A stretch of 44,281 nt of DNA from NCBI GenBank assembly GCA_005882295.1, contig VBAI01000007.1:1-44281 (forward strand), written 5' to 3'. Below, piece after piece: positions 26,358 through 36,064 of this stretch (positions within the stretch are counted from its first letter, which is position 1; every line of letters begins with the position of its first letter). The notes beneath the pieces are model-generated. The model was given only the letters and a program-made list of their open reading frames with translations. It was not told the origin of the DNA and ran no database searches. A program made the position numbers and the translations under genes. The DNA comes from Candidatus Segetimicrobium genomatis. GTDB lineage: Bacteria > Sysuimicrobiota > Sysuimicrobiia > Sysuimicrobiales > Kaftiobacteriaceae.

Positions 26358-27509
26358 CTAGACTGTCGCCGAGGGCGCCTGCGATCTCGTCGAGCGCCAC
26401 ACGGTCAGCCAGATCGCGCCGAGTCCCGTCATGACCGCCAGCAGCCGGACCAACCATCCGACGAATGGGACGGCGTACAGGATGACCAGGACTGTCACTC
26501 CCACGACCAGGGTCCAGGAGACGGACGGCGCACTCCCGCCACGCAGCGCCCTCAGCACTCGCTCTCCCAGCCAGGTCGCGGCGACGAGCTGGCCGGAATA
26601 GCATGTCAGGAGCCACAGCAGTAGGAGAGCCACTGCCAGTGGGATGCCGGCAATGGAGATCAGCAACACGATCGCCGCCGCAGGCGCCGCTGCGAGCACA
26701 ACGAATCCAGTCAACAGACTGGCACCGAACCGCGCACGGATTTCGTTCAGCACACCTCCGGGGAGACGTGGCAGGAGGGCGAAGACGACCAGCCCAAATG
26801 CCATCAGCCCCAGCCACTCCCCCAGGTGCCACAACCATCGAAGCCTGCTCCGCCGCGCGGAGGTCCCTCGCATACCGGGTCGCACCGCGGCGACACGCTC
26901 GACACCGCCGGAAACCTGCGCGCCAGGCTGAATCTCAGCCGATCCGCTCGCCGCGTAGCGCAGCCTGCCTGCAATCCGGGCGGTGCTCAGCACGACCACG
27001 CGATCCGCCTGAATATTCACGTCTCCCTTCACAGATCCACCGACGACCACGTTCCCGCCGCCTGCGATCACGTTTCGGCCCACTGCGCCGGCGATGCGGA
27101 CGTTGCCACCGCCGGCGACGAGATCCCGGCCGATGCGGGAGGCGTCCGCGACCGTGACGTTGCCGCCGCCGAGGACCGCATCGGTCCCGGCGGCCGCACC
27201 GAGCCGCACTGTCCCGCCCGCAGCTCGAATGCTGCGGCCTACAGAACCGCCGATGTCCACAGTACCCCCGGCTGCCAGGAGGGCGCCACTGACCCGGCCT
27301 CCTAATGTGACAGTCCCGCCCGCTGCGGTGACGTCCCCGTCCACGGCTCCGGTCACCGTCACGGTGCCGCCCGCAATGTACAGATCATCCTGAATCGTCT
27401 CAGAGAACGCGACATTCTCTCCTCCTCGCGGGATAAACGCGAAGACGGGCCAGGGGAGCAACAAAAGCAGAAGCAAGGCAAGAGGTCCTGTGTTTCGCAG
27501 GGGTCTCAC
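26358..27509 (-). CDS. Membrane protein with polymer-forming cytoskeletal (bactofilin-like) beta-helix repeats
   Basis: Signal peptide, repeated AGG.V.(I/V).G.V.GD units, multi-TM C-terminus ending VPFVGWL...GLGA. Confidence 0.8.
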   Translation of the reverse strand: MRPLRNTGPLALLLLLLLPWPVFAFIPRGGENVAFSETIQDDLYIAGGTVTVTGAVDGDVTAAGGTVTLGGRVSGALLAAGGTVDIGGSVGRSIRAAGGTVRLGAAAGTDAVLGGGNVTVADASRIGRDLVAGGGNVRIAGAVGRNVIAGGGNVVVGGSVKGDVNIQADRVVVLSTARIAGRLRYAASGSAEIQPGAQVSGGVERVAAVRPGMRGTSARRSRLRWLWHLGEWLGLMAFGLVVFALLPRLPGGVLNEIRARFGASLLTGFVVLAAAPAAAIVLLISIAGIPLAVALLLLWLLTCYSGQLVAATWLGERVLRALRGGSAPSVSWTLVVGVTVLVILYAVPFVGWLVRLLAVMTGLGAIWLTVWRSTRSQAPSATV

Positions 27510-28519
27510 TGGTCCTCACCTCGTGTAAGACGTATCGGCCGTCCGGTGCGCGCAGATTCATACGCGGCGACGATAACCTCAAGCGCCCGATATCCATCAA
27601 CCCCCGTCACCGCCGGCGTCCGTGACTGCTCGATTGCCGAAACGAACTCCGCAATCATTCCCTGGTTGGCGTCCGAGCCCCAGTACTGCCAGCGGGTGTC
27701 CGACGAATCTTCCGGATAGACCGTGAGGCGCTGCCGGAACGCATCCACATCGAGCACGCCTCGCCGGCCGATGAATGCCATGGACAGACCGCCCCAGGTG
27801 GGATAGGAAGCCGGCCGGCTCCAGCTGCAGTCAATCGTGGCGAACACCCCGTTCACAAAGGTCAGGAGGATCAGGCCTCCCGTCTCCACGTCGCCGCTCC
27901 CGCCGCCCGGCAACAGCCCGGTCGTCTGCGCGTACACCTCGGCCACTTCACTGCGCAGAAACCAGCGCAATGCATCGACCAGGTGCGCCGTGTGATCTAT
28001 CACCGCGCCGCCCCCCGCCAGCCGTTTGTCCACGAACCAGGCGCGGTGGTGGCGGGGGTTCTGTCCCTGGTTGGTCGCCACACAGCATGAGATCTCCCCC
28101 AGGCGGCTCTCGTCCAGCACGCGGCGGGCTTCAACGATTGGGGCGCTGAACCGCATCGGAAACGCCACCATCAACTGGACTCCAGCTTTCCCGCAGGCTT
28201 GCAGCATCGCCTGGGCATCTGCCAGCGTCGTGGCCAGGGGTTTTTCGCAGAGGACATGGACGCCCGCCCGGACAGCGATCTCCACGGCCGCGCGGTGCCG
28301 CGCATTTTCCGCGCACACGATGACTCCATCGAGGCGCTGGGCCAGCAGATCCTCGTATGCCGGCCACACGCGTACGCCGAGCGAGCGGGCGAAATGGTCG
28401 CCCCGCGCCGTGTCCTCGTCCGCGGCGCCGACCAGTTCCGCGTTGGGAAGCGCCCGGATGTTCTCGACATACGCCTCGGCGTGGAGGTGGGCAAAGCTCA
28501 TGATGCCCAGGCGGATCAT
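27506..28519 (-). CDS. Gfo/Idh/MocA family oxidoreductase
   Basis: LGIMSFAHLH, HVLCEKPLA, AFPMRF, GGGAVIDHTAH. Confidence 0.92.
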   Translation of the reverse strand: MIRLGIMSFAHLHAEAYVENIRALPNAELVGAADEDTARGDHFARSLGVRVWPAYEDLLAQRLDGVIVCAENARHRAAVEIAVRAGVHVLCEKPLATTLADAQAMLQACGKAGVQLMVAFPMRFSAPIVEARRVLDESRLGEISCCVATNQGQNPRHHRAWFVDKRLAGGGAVIDHTAHLVDALRWFLRSEVAEVYAQTTGLLPGGGSGDVETGGLILLTFVNGVFATIDCSWSRPASYPTWGGLSMAFIGRRGVLDVDAFRQRLTVYPEDSSDTRWQYWGSDANQGMIAEFVSAIEQSRTPAVTGVDGYRALEVIVAAYESARTGRPIRLTRGEDQ

Positions 28520-29517
28520 GGCAGGATACCTGACGAATCGAGTTCCACCGGCAGGCCCGCCCTGGCGGAATCGATCGCCGCCCGCGCGATCTGCACGGCC
28601 GCCAGTCCGTCCTCGGCGCTCACGGGCGGCTCCGTCCCCCGCGTCAGCGCCTCATAGAACACGCGCAGTTGTGTGGCATAGGGACTTTCCTGCAGCGGAC
28701 TCCCCGGCAGGGCGACCTCCTGATTCGAGTCCTGTTCTTTGTGTAGGCGGAGCTCGACCGCGGCCGTCTCAGGGCTGGAGACCTCGATCAACCCCGCGGC
28801 CCCGGCGATTTCGAGGCGAGTGTGAAAGCTCGGCGCAGGGTACGCCCAGGAGCCCTCGACGTGCGAGATCGCGCCACTGCGATGGGTGAGGATGGCCAGC
28901 GCGTGGTCGGTCTCATCCGCTTGTCCTGTGATCTGGGCGGCACGGGCGAACACTCGTACCACGTCGCCGGCCACCCAGCGCGCGTAGTCGAAGTCGTGGA
29001 CCATCAGGTCCAAAATCATGCCCCCCGACCGCGCGGGGTCCACGTACCAGTTGTCGGCTTTCCGGGGCCGGAAGGTGCAGCGCGACAGTCGTAACACGGC
29101 AGGGACCCCGATCTCACCGCGCGCCACAAGCTCCCGTGCCAGCCGGTACTCGGGGAAGAAGCGCAGCACGTGGGCGACCAGCAGGCGCACCCCTGCCGTG
29201 CGGCAGGCCTGGATCATGCGGAGGCCGTCAGGAACGGTGAGGGCGAGCGGCTTCTCGCAGACCACATGCTTTCCCGCGGCCGCGGCGCGGAGGGTGAACT
29301 CGGCATGGAGATGCGTCGGCGTGCAGACGTCCACCACGTCCGCCTCGCCGAGGACGGCGTCCAGCTCGGTGGCCACACGCGCGCCGTAGGTGCCCGCGAG
29401 GATGTCGCCGCCGGTTCCCGGTTTGCCCACGAATGCCGTGATGCGCGCCCCAGTGTGGCTCCAGGCCTCCGCGTGGACGCGTCCCATGAGTCCGGTACCG
29501 ACTATCGCCACATGCAT
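28516..29517 (-). CDS. Gfo/Idh/MocA family oxidoreductase
   Basis: IVGTGLMG, CTPT..H, HVVCEKPLA, HVLRFFPEY, SGGMILDLMVHDFD. Confidence 0.92.
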   Translation of the reverse strand: MHVAIVGTGLMGRVHAEAWSHTGARITAFVGKPGTGGDILAGTYGARVATELDAVLGEADVVDVCTPTHLHAEFTLRAAAAGKHVVCEKPLALTVPDGLRMIQACRTAGVRLLVAHVLRFFPEYRLARELVARGEIGVPAVLRLSRCTFRPRKADNWYVDPARSGGMILDLMVHDFDYARWVAGDVVRVFARAAQITGQADETDHALAILTHRSGAISHVEGSWAYPAPSFHTRLEIAGAAGLIEVSSPETAAVELRLHKEQDSNQEVALPGSPLQESPYATQLRVFYEALTRGTEPPVSAEDGLAAVQIARAAIDSARAGLPVELDSSGILP

Positions 29518-29537
29518 GAGGCCACCTGTGCGGCCGG

Positions 29538-30416
29538 CTATTTGAGGGCCCCGGTGGTGAGCCCCCGGATAAGACTCCGGGAGAACACCATGTACGCGGC
29601 CAGCACCGGCACCATGGCCAGCGTCAGCGACGCGAGCATCGAATTCCAGTCGCTGATAAACTGGCCGATGAACTGTTGCGCCCCCAACGTGACCGTTTTC
29701 GTCGCTTCCCCGGGGGCCAGAATCAGCGGGAACCACAGATCGTTCCAGATCGGGATCATGGTGAAGACCGCGACCGTGGCCACGGCAGGCCGCACCAGCG
29801 GGAGGACGAGCCAGAAGATCCGGTACTCGCTCATCCCGTCGATCCGCGCGGCGTCCTTCAGATCCCGGGGCACCTGGCGCATGAACTGCTGCAGGATGAA
29901 GACGGCGAGTGGCAGGCCCTGGGCCGCGTAGACCAGGATCAAGGCGAAGAGTGTGTTCACCAATCTCAGATCAGACATGATCCGCAGAATGCTGACGGTC
30001 CCCAGGCGGATCGGAATCATGATCCCCAGCGCCAGGTACAGCCCCACCCAGGCATTGCCCCTGAACCGGTACTCGGCGAGCGCGAACCCGGCCATCGCGC
30101 CGAGCAGCAGGATCAGCGCCATCGCCGAACCCGCGACAACCGCGCTGTTGACAAAATACCTGGCAAAGTGCGCCCGCTCGAACATGGTCTCGTACCCGAC
30201 GAGGCTGACCAGTCCTGGGAGCGGAGGCAGGTAGGGTGTGGTGAAGATGGCCGCGCGCGTCTTGAAGGAATTCATGGCGATCAGCAGCACGGGCAGGATG
30301 GCGATGAGGGCATACGCGACCAGAATCGCGTGCACGCCGAGCGCCTTGCCGCCGTACGGGCGGGGATACGCTGCGGAGATCACGCGGTGTGCCGGAGGTG
30401 CGACAGGAGAGGACAT
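29538..30416 (-). CDS. Carbohydrate ABC transporter permease (MalG-type)
   Basis: MNSFKT, DAARIDG loop, WNDLWFPL. Confidence 0.93.
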   Translation of the reverse strand: MSSPVAPPAHRVISAAYPRPYGGKALGVHAILVAYALIAILPVLLIAMNSFKTRAAIFTTPYLPPLPGLVSLVGYETMFERAHFARYFVNSAVVAGSAMALILLLGAMAGFALAEYRFRGNAWVGLYLALGIMIPIRLGTVSILRIMSDLRLVNTLFALILVYAAQGLPLAVFILQQFMRQVPRDLKDAARIDGMSEYRIFWLVLPLVRPAVATVAVFTMIPIWNDLWFPLILAPGEATKTVTLGAQQFIGQFISDWNSMLASLTLAMVPVLAAYMVFSRSLIRGLTTGALK

Positions 30417-30425
30417 GGCGCGGCC

Positions 30426-31349
30426 CTAGAGCTCGTGGACCTCGATCCGCCGTTGCCACACGAACAGGTAGGGAAGCACGCCGGCGAGGATTAGCAGGAA
30501 CATGACCCCGGCGACCGTCGCGCCCATAAACGGATTTCCTAACTGCAGCTGAAATCCGAAGAAGGTGCGATAAAAGAACGTGCCCAGGATGTCCGTGGAG
30601 AAGTTCGGGCCGGCCAGCGCGCCCTGCGCCGTGTAGATCAGGTCAAAGGCGTTGAAGTTCCCGACGTAGGTCAGGATCGCCACCAGTCCGACCACGGGGA
30701 GGATCAGCGGGAATTCGATGCCCCAGAAGGCCCGCCAGCCGGTTGCGCCGTCGACACGCGCTGCCTCGAGGAGGTCGTCGGGGATGCCGATCAGCGCGGC
30801 ATGAAACAGCATCAAGGGAATCCCCACGAACTGCCAGACCGAGATGAGGGACAACGTCACCAGGGCGGATCCCTCCAGACCCAGCCACGGGCGGAAGTGC
30901 GCGCCCAGGCCGGCCGCGCGCAGCAGGCCTCCCGCGATACCCCACAGGGGGCTGAGGATCAACTGCCAGATGAAGCCGACGATCACAAAGGACAGCACGG
31001 TCGGCGCGAAGAGCAGCGTCCGGTAGACGGCCAGGCCGGGGAGGCGCCGCGCGCTGAGCAGCGCCGCCAGCAGCAGCCCGACCGGATTTTGCACGAGCAT
31101 GTGGATGGCGAAGAAGATGAGGTTGTGCCGCACGGCGCCCCAGAACCTCGGCGCATAGAGGGAGTCGGCGACCAGGCGGGCGTAGTTCTGCAGCCCCACG
31201 AACACGACGCCTCCGCCTTCCGGGTTTCCATGGAGACTCAATCGCAGGGAATCGAACAGCGGGTAGATCATGAACGCGGTATAGATGGCGGCCGCGGGCA
31301 GGATGAATACGATGATATGGAGGGGAACCCGGCGGAGGCGTGGCCTCAT
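30426..31349 (-). CDS. Carbohydrate ABC transporter permease (MalF-type)
   Basis: FVGLQNY, EAARVDGA, FNAFDLIY; start could be GTG 31370. Confidence 0.92.
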   Translation of the reverse strand: MRPRLRRVPLHIIVFILPAAAIYTAFMIYPLFDSLRLSLHGNPEGGGVVFVGLQNYARLVADSLYAPRFWGAVRHNLIFFAIHMLVQNPVGLLLAALLSARRLPGLAVYRTLLFAPTVLSFVIVGFIWQLILSPLWGIAGGLLRAAGLGAHFRPWLGLEGSALVTLSLISVWQFVGIPLMLFHAALIGIPDDLLEAARVDGATGWRAFWGIEFPLILPVVGLVAILTYVGNFNAFDLIYTAQGALAGPNFSTDILGTFFYRTFFGFQLQLGNPFMGATVAGVMFLLILAGVLPYLFVWQRRIEVHEL

Positions 31350-31428
31350 GCGATCCGCCACCGACGCCACGGACCAGCGGCGGGCACGATGCCCCGCCGC
31401 CGGTCCGTGCCACCAATTGCGAGCGGCG

Positions 31429-32709
31429 TTACTTCGTGGGCGGCTTGAACCACTTCGCAAGTCCGGTCTGAACCTGGGCCGCCGCCTCCTCAGGGGTGAG
31501 CTTCCCGCTGATGACACCCGCACTGACTCTCCACAACTCGTTCTCCAGGTTGGGTTCCCCTCGGGAGAGGATCTGGTATGAATTGCGGATGGTGGACTTG
31601 CAGGTGCTCCGCCAATTTAAGAAGGTTTGGGCCAGCGGATCCTGCAGCGTGACTTTCTGGTTCGAGAGGCTGAAGAACCCCGGCAGCGCGTTGCTGTACA
31701 GGCTGGCAAACTCCGAGGTGGTCATCCATCCCAGGAATTTCTTGGCCTCCTCGGGGTGGCGCGTCTTGGCGTTCATCCCCATGGCGATGTCTGTATGATC
31801 GCTGATGTAGCATGTTGAGGCGCCGGCCGGCAGGGGCGGGGGGAAGGCGCCCATCTTAAATTGCGCCTGCCGGTTGAACAGCGCGACCTCCCACGAGCCG
31901 GCGGGGTAGATGGCCGCTTTGCCCAGCGTAAACAGGTTTTGTGAATCTGGATACTTCTGAGCCTCGAAGCCGCTGGCCAGATAGGGCCGCCATTTGGCGA
32001 GCGTGCGCCACACCGCCACATAGTCCGGATCGGTGAACTTCGCCCTACCCGTGATCAGCGCCAGCCGGCCCTGCTCGCCTTTCCAGTAGTTGGGGCCAAT
32101 GTTCTGGAATCCCATGGTCGCCGCTTCCCACTGGTCCGCGGTGCCCAAAGCCAGGGGCGCGTACCGGCCGTCCTGCTTGATCTTGTCCAGCACCTGGAAG
32201 AACTCGGATTCGGTCTTGGGCGGGGTCAGTCCCAGCTGCTTAAAGATATCGGCGTTGTAGATGAAGCCGTGAATCACCGAGGCCATCGGCACGCAGAACA
32301 CTGTCTTTCCGTCATCGGTGATCCAGGCGCTCTTCGCCACCGGTCCAAAGTTCGACATGCCGGGGAGGTCATTGACTGGGGCCAGGAATCCCTGCTTGAA
32401 CAGACCCAGTGACAGGTCAAACGGCCGGCAGGTGATCAGGTCGCCGGCGGTCCCGCCCGAGAACTTCGCATTCAGCGCGGCGTTGTACTCCGTCGGCGCG
32501 GTGGGTCCGAAGACCACCTTGATGTTTGGGTACCGCTTGGTAAACGCGGGAATGATCGTGTCCTGCCACACCGGCAAGTCGTCGTTGCGCCAGCTCTCGA
32601 TGGTCACAGACACGGGTCCCTGGGCCGAGAGCTGCTGGACGGGGACAATGAACCCGGCGAGCACGAAGCACAGCGTGGCAAGGAGGAATGAGGAACGTAC
32701 TTTCGCCAT
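31429..32709 (-). CDS. Carbohydrate ABC transporter substrate-binding protein
   Basis: Signal peptide, IESWRNDD, AGDLITCRPFD, FIYNADIF..LG; AAAGGAGG RBS. Confidence 0.93.
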   Translation of the reverse strand: MAKVRSSFLLATLCFVLAGFIVPVQQLSAQGPVSVTIESWRNDDLPVWQDTIIPAFTKRYPNIKVVFGPTAPTEYNAALNAKFSGGTAGDLITCRPFDLSLGLFKQGFLAPVNDLPGMSNFGPVAKSAWITDDGKTVFCVPMASVIHGFIYNADIFKQLGLTPPKTESEFFQVLDKIKQDGRYAPLALGTADQWEAATMGFQNIGPNYWKGEQGRLALITGRAKFTDPDYVAVWRTLAKWRPYLASGFEAQKYPDSQNLFTLGKAAIYPAGSWEVALFNRQAQFKMGAFPPPLPAGASTCYISDHTDIAMGMNAKTRHPEEAKKFLGWMTTSEFASLYSNALPGFFSLSNQKVTLQDPLAQTFLNWRSTCKSTIRNSYQILSRGEPNLENELWRVSAGVISGKLTPEEAAAQVQTGLAKWFKPPTK

Positions 32710-32798
32710 ACTGGATCCTCCTTTGAACAGACGGGGTGGAATCGCGTCTCCCTTATTCGCTGGGATGCTGCGAAGTCCTACACCCAGGACAACAACTG

Positions 32799-32828
32799 CG
32801 GGATCAGAGATTAGGGATTGGGGACTAG
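32799..32828. repeat. 7-mer tandem repeat remnant overlapping hydrolase 3' end
   Basis: CGGGATC AGAGATT AGGGATT GGGGACT AG; same unit family as 6958-7042. Confidence 0.6.
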
Positions 32829-33488
32829 ATGCCGCTGGAACCATCCCGCGGCCAGATCCGCGACCTGCTCGAGCGTGCCCGATTCCTCAAACAGATGGGT
32901 CGCGCCTGGGACGATGGCCAGTTCCTTCTCGACGCGCAATTGCGCCAGCGCCGTGCGGTTGAGGGCCAGCACCTCCTCATCGCGCTCGCCGACGATGAGC
33001 AGCGTGGGAGCATTGACCTGTTCCAGGATCTGGGCCGCGAGATCGGGGCGGCCTCCCCGCGACACCACCGCTCGAGCAAGGCGGGGGCGTTGCGCCGCGG
33101 CGAGTAACGCGGCGGCCGCGCCGGTGCTGGCGCCGAATATGCCCACCGGGAGTGCTGTGGTCTGAGGATCCCCGGCCAGCGAATCAAGAATGGCCACGAC
33201 GCGCATGCCGAGGAGCGCGATGTCAAAGCGCAACCGGCCGGTCCGCTGATCGCGTTCTTCCTCAGGCACCGTGAGCAGATCGGTGAGCAAGGTGGCGAGG
33301 CCAGCATTCTGCAGCCGTTCCGCCACAAACCGGTTGCGAGGGCTCAGGCGGCTACTGCCGCTGCCGTGGGCAAACACCACCAGTCCCCGTGCGCCACGAG
33401 GGACGGCAAGCGTGCCCTCCAGGACGCCGGCGCCGATTGGAAACTTCACGTCGCGTTGCACAGGGGGGCCGCTCGGTGGACTGCCCAT
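32811..33488 (-). CDS. Dienelactone hydrolase-like alpha/beta hydrolase
   Basis: VFAHGSGSSRLSPRN, FGASTG, VVSRGGRPDLA, VGERD, PGATHLFEE. Confidence 0.9.
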   Translation of the reverse strand: MGSPPSGPPVQRDVKFPIGAGVLEGTLAVPRGARGLVVFAHGSGSSRLSPRNRFVAERLQNAGLATLLTDLLTVPEEERDQRTGRLRFDIALLGMRVVAILDSLAGDPQTTALPVGIFGASTGAAAALLAAAQRPRLARAVVSRGGRPDLAAQILEQVNAPTLLIVGERDEEVLALNRTALAQLRVEKELAIVPGATHLFEESGTLEQVADLAAGWFQRHLVPNP

Positions 33489-33558
33489 CACGTCTCCATT
33501 ATGGAATATCTCCCGCGCCGGTGGTATGGAGGGTGCGGCGTCGAACCATTCTGCAGAG

Positions 33559-34548
33559 ATGATCCGTCTTGGGCTGGCAGGCGACGCGATGCTGGGCCGG
33601 CTGGTGGACAGGCATGTGCTGGCCAATCCCGCCACGAGGCCAGCCTACGTCTGGGGGAACACACTGCCCCTGTGGCGGCAGATGGATCTCCGGATGGTCA
33701 ACCTGGAGTGCGTGATTGCGACGACGGGGGAGCCCTGGGTGCCCAAGACGTTTCACTTCCGCGGCGGGCCCCGTGCGATCGATGCGCTGGAAACGGCCGG
33801 CATCCAGCTGGTCAGCCTCGCCAACAATCACGTGCTGGATTTCGGAGCCGAGGCGCTGCGGGAGTGTCTGGGGCGGCTACGGCGGGCCTCGATCCGGTAC
33901 GCCGGCGCTGGGGAGACCAGCGCGGAGGCGGTGGCTCCCGCAATGCTGACCGCAGGCGGCATAACCCTCGCGGTCGTGGCGTTGACCGACGGGGAGCCCG
34001 AATGGGAGGCGACGCCGGACCGACCCGGCACGGCGTATGTCCGCTGTGACCCCGGGGGCCTTGCAGAACCTTACCGCACGCGGGTGGCACGGACCCTGGC
34101 CCAGGCCCGAGCGGCCGCGCACCTGGTCATCGTGAGCGCGCATGTTGGCTCGAACTGGGGCCCGCCAGCGGCGCGGACTCAGGCGCTGGCACGCGAAATG
34201 ATCGACCTGGGCGCCGACCTGTACTGGGGGCACTCCAACCACACGGTACAGGGGATCGAGATTTACCGGGGCCGGCCAATTCTGTATTCGTGCGGTGACT
34301 TCATCGACGACTACGCAGTCGATCCGGTCGAGCGGAACGACCTCTCATGTCTCTTCGAGCTGCAAATCGAACACACGAATGTCAGCCGCATCCTCCTGCA
34401 CCCGGTGCGCATTGCAAGGTTCCAGGTTAACCACGCTGGGAGCGAGGACGCGCGGTGGCTGTGCACGAGACTCATCGAGCGGATGGCGGAATTCGGAACA
34501 CAGGTCACGCGGGCGGGTGATCTGCTGGCGGTCAGCGTAGATGCATAA
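33559..34548 (+). CDS. CapA family (PGA_cap) metallophosphoesterase
   Basis: GDAMLGR, NLEC, SLANNHVLDFG, SAH.G.NW, GHSNH..QGIE, YSCGDFIDDY; no signal peptide. Confidence 0.9.
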   Translation: MIRLGLAGDAMLGRLVDRHVLANPATRPAYVWGNTLPLWRQMDLRMVNLECVIATTGEPWVPKTFHFRGGPRAIDALETAGIQLVSLANNHVLDFGAEALRECLGRLRRASIRYAGAGETSAEAVAPAMLTAGGITLAVVALTDGEPEWEATPDRPGTAYVRCDPGGLAEPYRTRVARTLAQARAAAHLVIVSAHVGSNWGPPAARTQALAREMIDLGADLYWGHSNHTVQGIEIYRGRPILYSCGDFIDDYAVDPVERNDLSCLFELQIEHTNVSRILLHPVRIARFQVNHAGSEDARWLCTRLIERMAEFGTQVTRAGDLLAVSVDA

Positions 34549-36064
34549 TGTGGAGCCGCTGGTCGCGCTGCGGGGGATCACGAAATCCTTTCCCGGGATC
34601 CTCGCCAACGATCGCGTCGACTTCGACGTGTACCCGGGCGAGATCCACGCCCTCCTGGGAGAGAACGGGGCCGGGAAGAGCACGCTGGTCAAAGTCCTCT
34701 ATGGGATTCACCAAGCTGATACAGGCACGATTCAGTTCGGCGATCGCGCTGTCCAGATCCGCTCCCCACACGATGCCCGCCGCCTGGGCATCGGGATGGT
34801 CTTTCAGCAGTTCACGCTCATTCCAGCGTTGAGTGTGGTCGAAAATGTCGCCCTCTTCCTGCCTCACCTTCCTGCCGTGCTGGATCATGGGGTGATCGCC
34901 AGGCGGATTGAGGAGGTGTCCGGCCGCTACGGCCTGGCCGTGGATCCATGGGCCCCCGCGTGGCGGCTCTCTGTCGGAGAACAGCAGAAGGTGGAGATCC
35001 TCAAACTGCTGCTGGCTCGCTCGCGGGTGCTCATTCTCGACGAGCCCACCCGAGTGCTCGTGCCGCATGAGATCGACGGACTGTTCCGCGTGCTCGCCGG
35101 CCTCCGGGAGCACGGCTACGCCGTCGTCTTCATCACGCACAAACTGCCCGAGGTATTGACATGCGCCGATCGCATCACCGTGATGCGCGGGGGGACGGTG
35201 GCGGGGACCCTGGTGCGCGCCGAAGCGACGGAGCGGGGGCTGGTGGGTTTGATGTTCGGGACGGCGTGGCCCGAAGAGGGTTCCTCGCGCCGTGAACCCA
35301 TCCGAGAATCTGCGCGTCCCCTGCTGGAACTGCGAGAGGTCGACACCAGCGGTGACGGGGTCAGTCTGCGCCAGATCACGCTGACGATCGCGCCGGGTGA
35401 GATCGTCGGTGTGGCCGGCGTGTCCGGCAACGGGCAGCGGGAGCTCGGTGATGTGATTCTCGGACTCACCCAGACCGCCGGGGGCAAAAAGATCATCCAC
35501 GGCCAGGATGCCACACGCTGGTCTGTGGACAGAATTCGCCGCAGCGGCGTGGCGTTTGTGCCGGAGGACCCCCTCCGCATGCTGATCGTCCCACCTCTGA
35601 GCGTCCTGGAGAACATGGCGCTGGCGGACACGCGCAAGTACGCGCGCCACGTCGGCCTGACGGTCGATTGGATCGCGGTGCGCAGGGACCTGGAACAGTC
35701 GACGCGGCGGTTGGCCCTGGAGATGCTTCCGCCGGCCGTCCCGGCCGGAACCCTCTCGGGCGGGAATGTGCAGCGGCTCAGTTTAGTCCGGGAACTCTCC
35801 ATCGATCCCCGTCTCATCGTCGCCCTCTATCCGACACGCGGACTGGACGTGCGGGGCGCGACCGCGGCCCGCCATCTGCTGTTGGCGATGCGTAATAGGG
35901 GTGCCGGCGAGCTGCTGATCTCAGAAGATCTCGGTGAGCTGTTCTCGATGAGCGACCGGTTGATCGTGCTGTATCGCGGACGGATTGTGGGGGAGGCACG
36001 GCCGAAGGACACGACAGTCTATGAGATCGGCCGGCTGATGACCGGAGGCGTAGCCGGTGGCTAG
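34541..36064 (+). CDS. Nucleoside/simple-sugar ABC transporter ATP-binding protein (dual NBD)
   Basis: ALLGENGAGKST, LSVGEQQKVEI, ILDEPT, LSGGNVQR, PTRGLD. Confidence 0.93.
   Translation: MHNVEPLVALRGITKSFPGILANDRVDFDVYPGEIHALLGENGAGKSTLVKVLYGIHQADTGTIQFGDRAVQIRSPHDARRLGIGMVFQQFTLIPALSVVENVALFLPHLPAVLDHGVIARRIEEVSGRYGLAVDPWAPAWRLSVGEQQKVEILKLLLARSRVLILDEPTRVLVPHEIDGLFRVLAGLREHGYAVVFITHKLPEVLTCADRITVMRGGTVAGTLVRAEATERGLVGLMFGTAWPEEGSSRREPIRESARPLLELREVDTSGDGVSLRQITLTIAPGEIVGVAGVSGNGQRELGDVILGLTQTAGGKKIIHGQDATRWSVDRIRRSGVAFVPEDPLRMLIVPPLSVLENMALADTRKYARHVGLTVDWIAVRRDLEQSTRRLALEMLPPAVPAGTLSGGNVQRLSLVRELSIDPRLIVALYPTRGLDVRGATAARHLLLAMRNRGAGELLISEDLGELFSMSDRLIVLYRGRIVGEARPKDTTVYEIGRLMTGGVAGG

Noticed and set aside
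33559-34548. Poly-gamma-glutamate capsule locus
   Set aside because: No capB/capC and the protein lacks a membrane anchor
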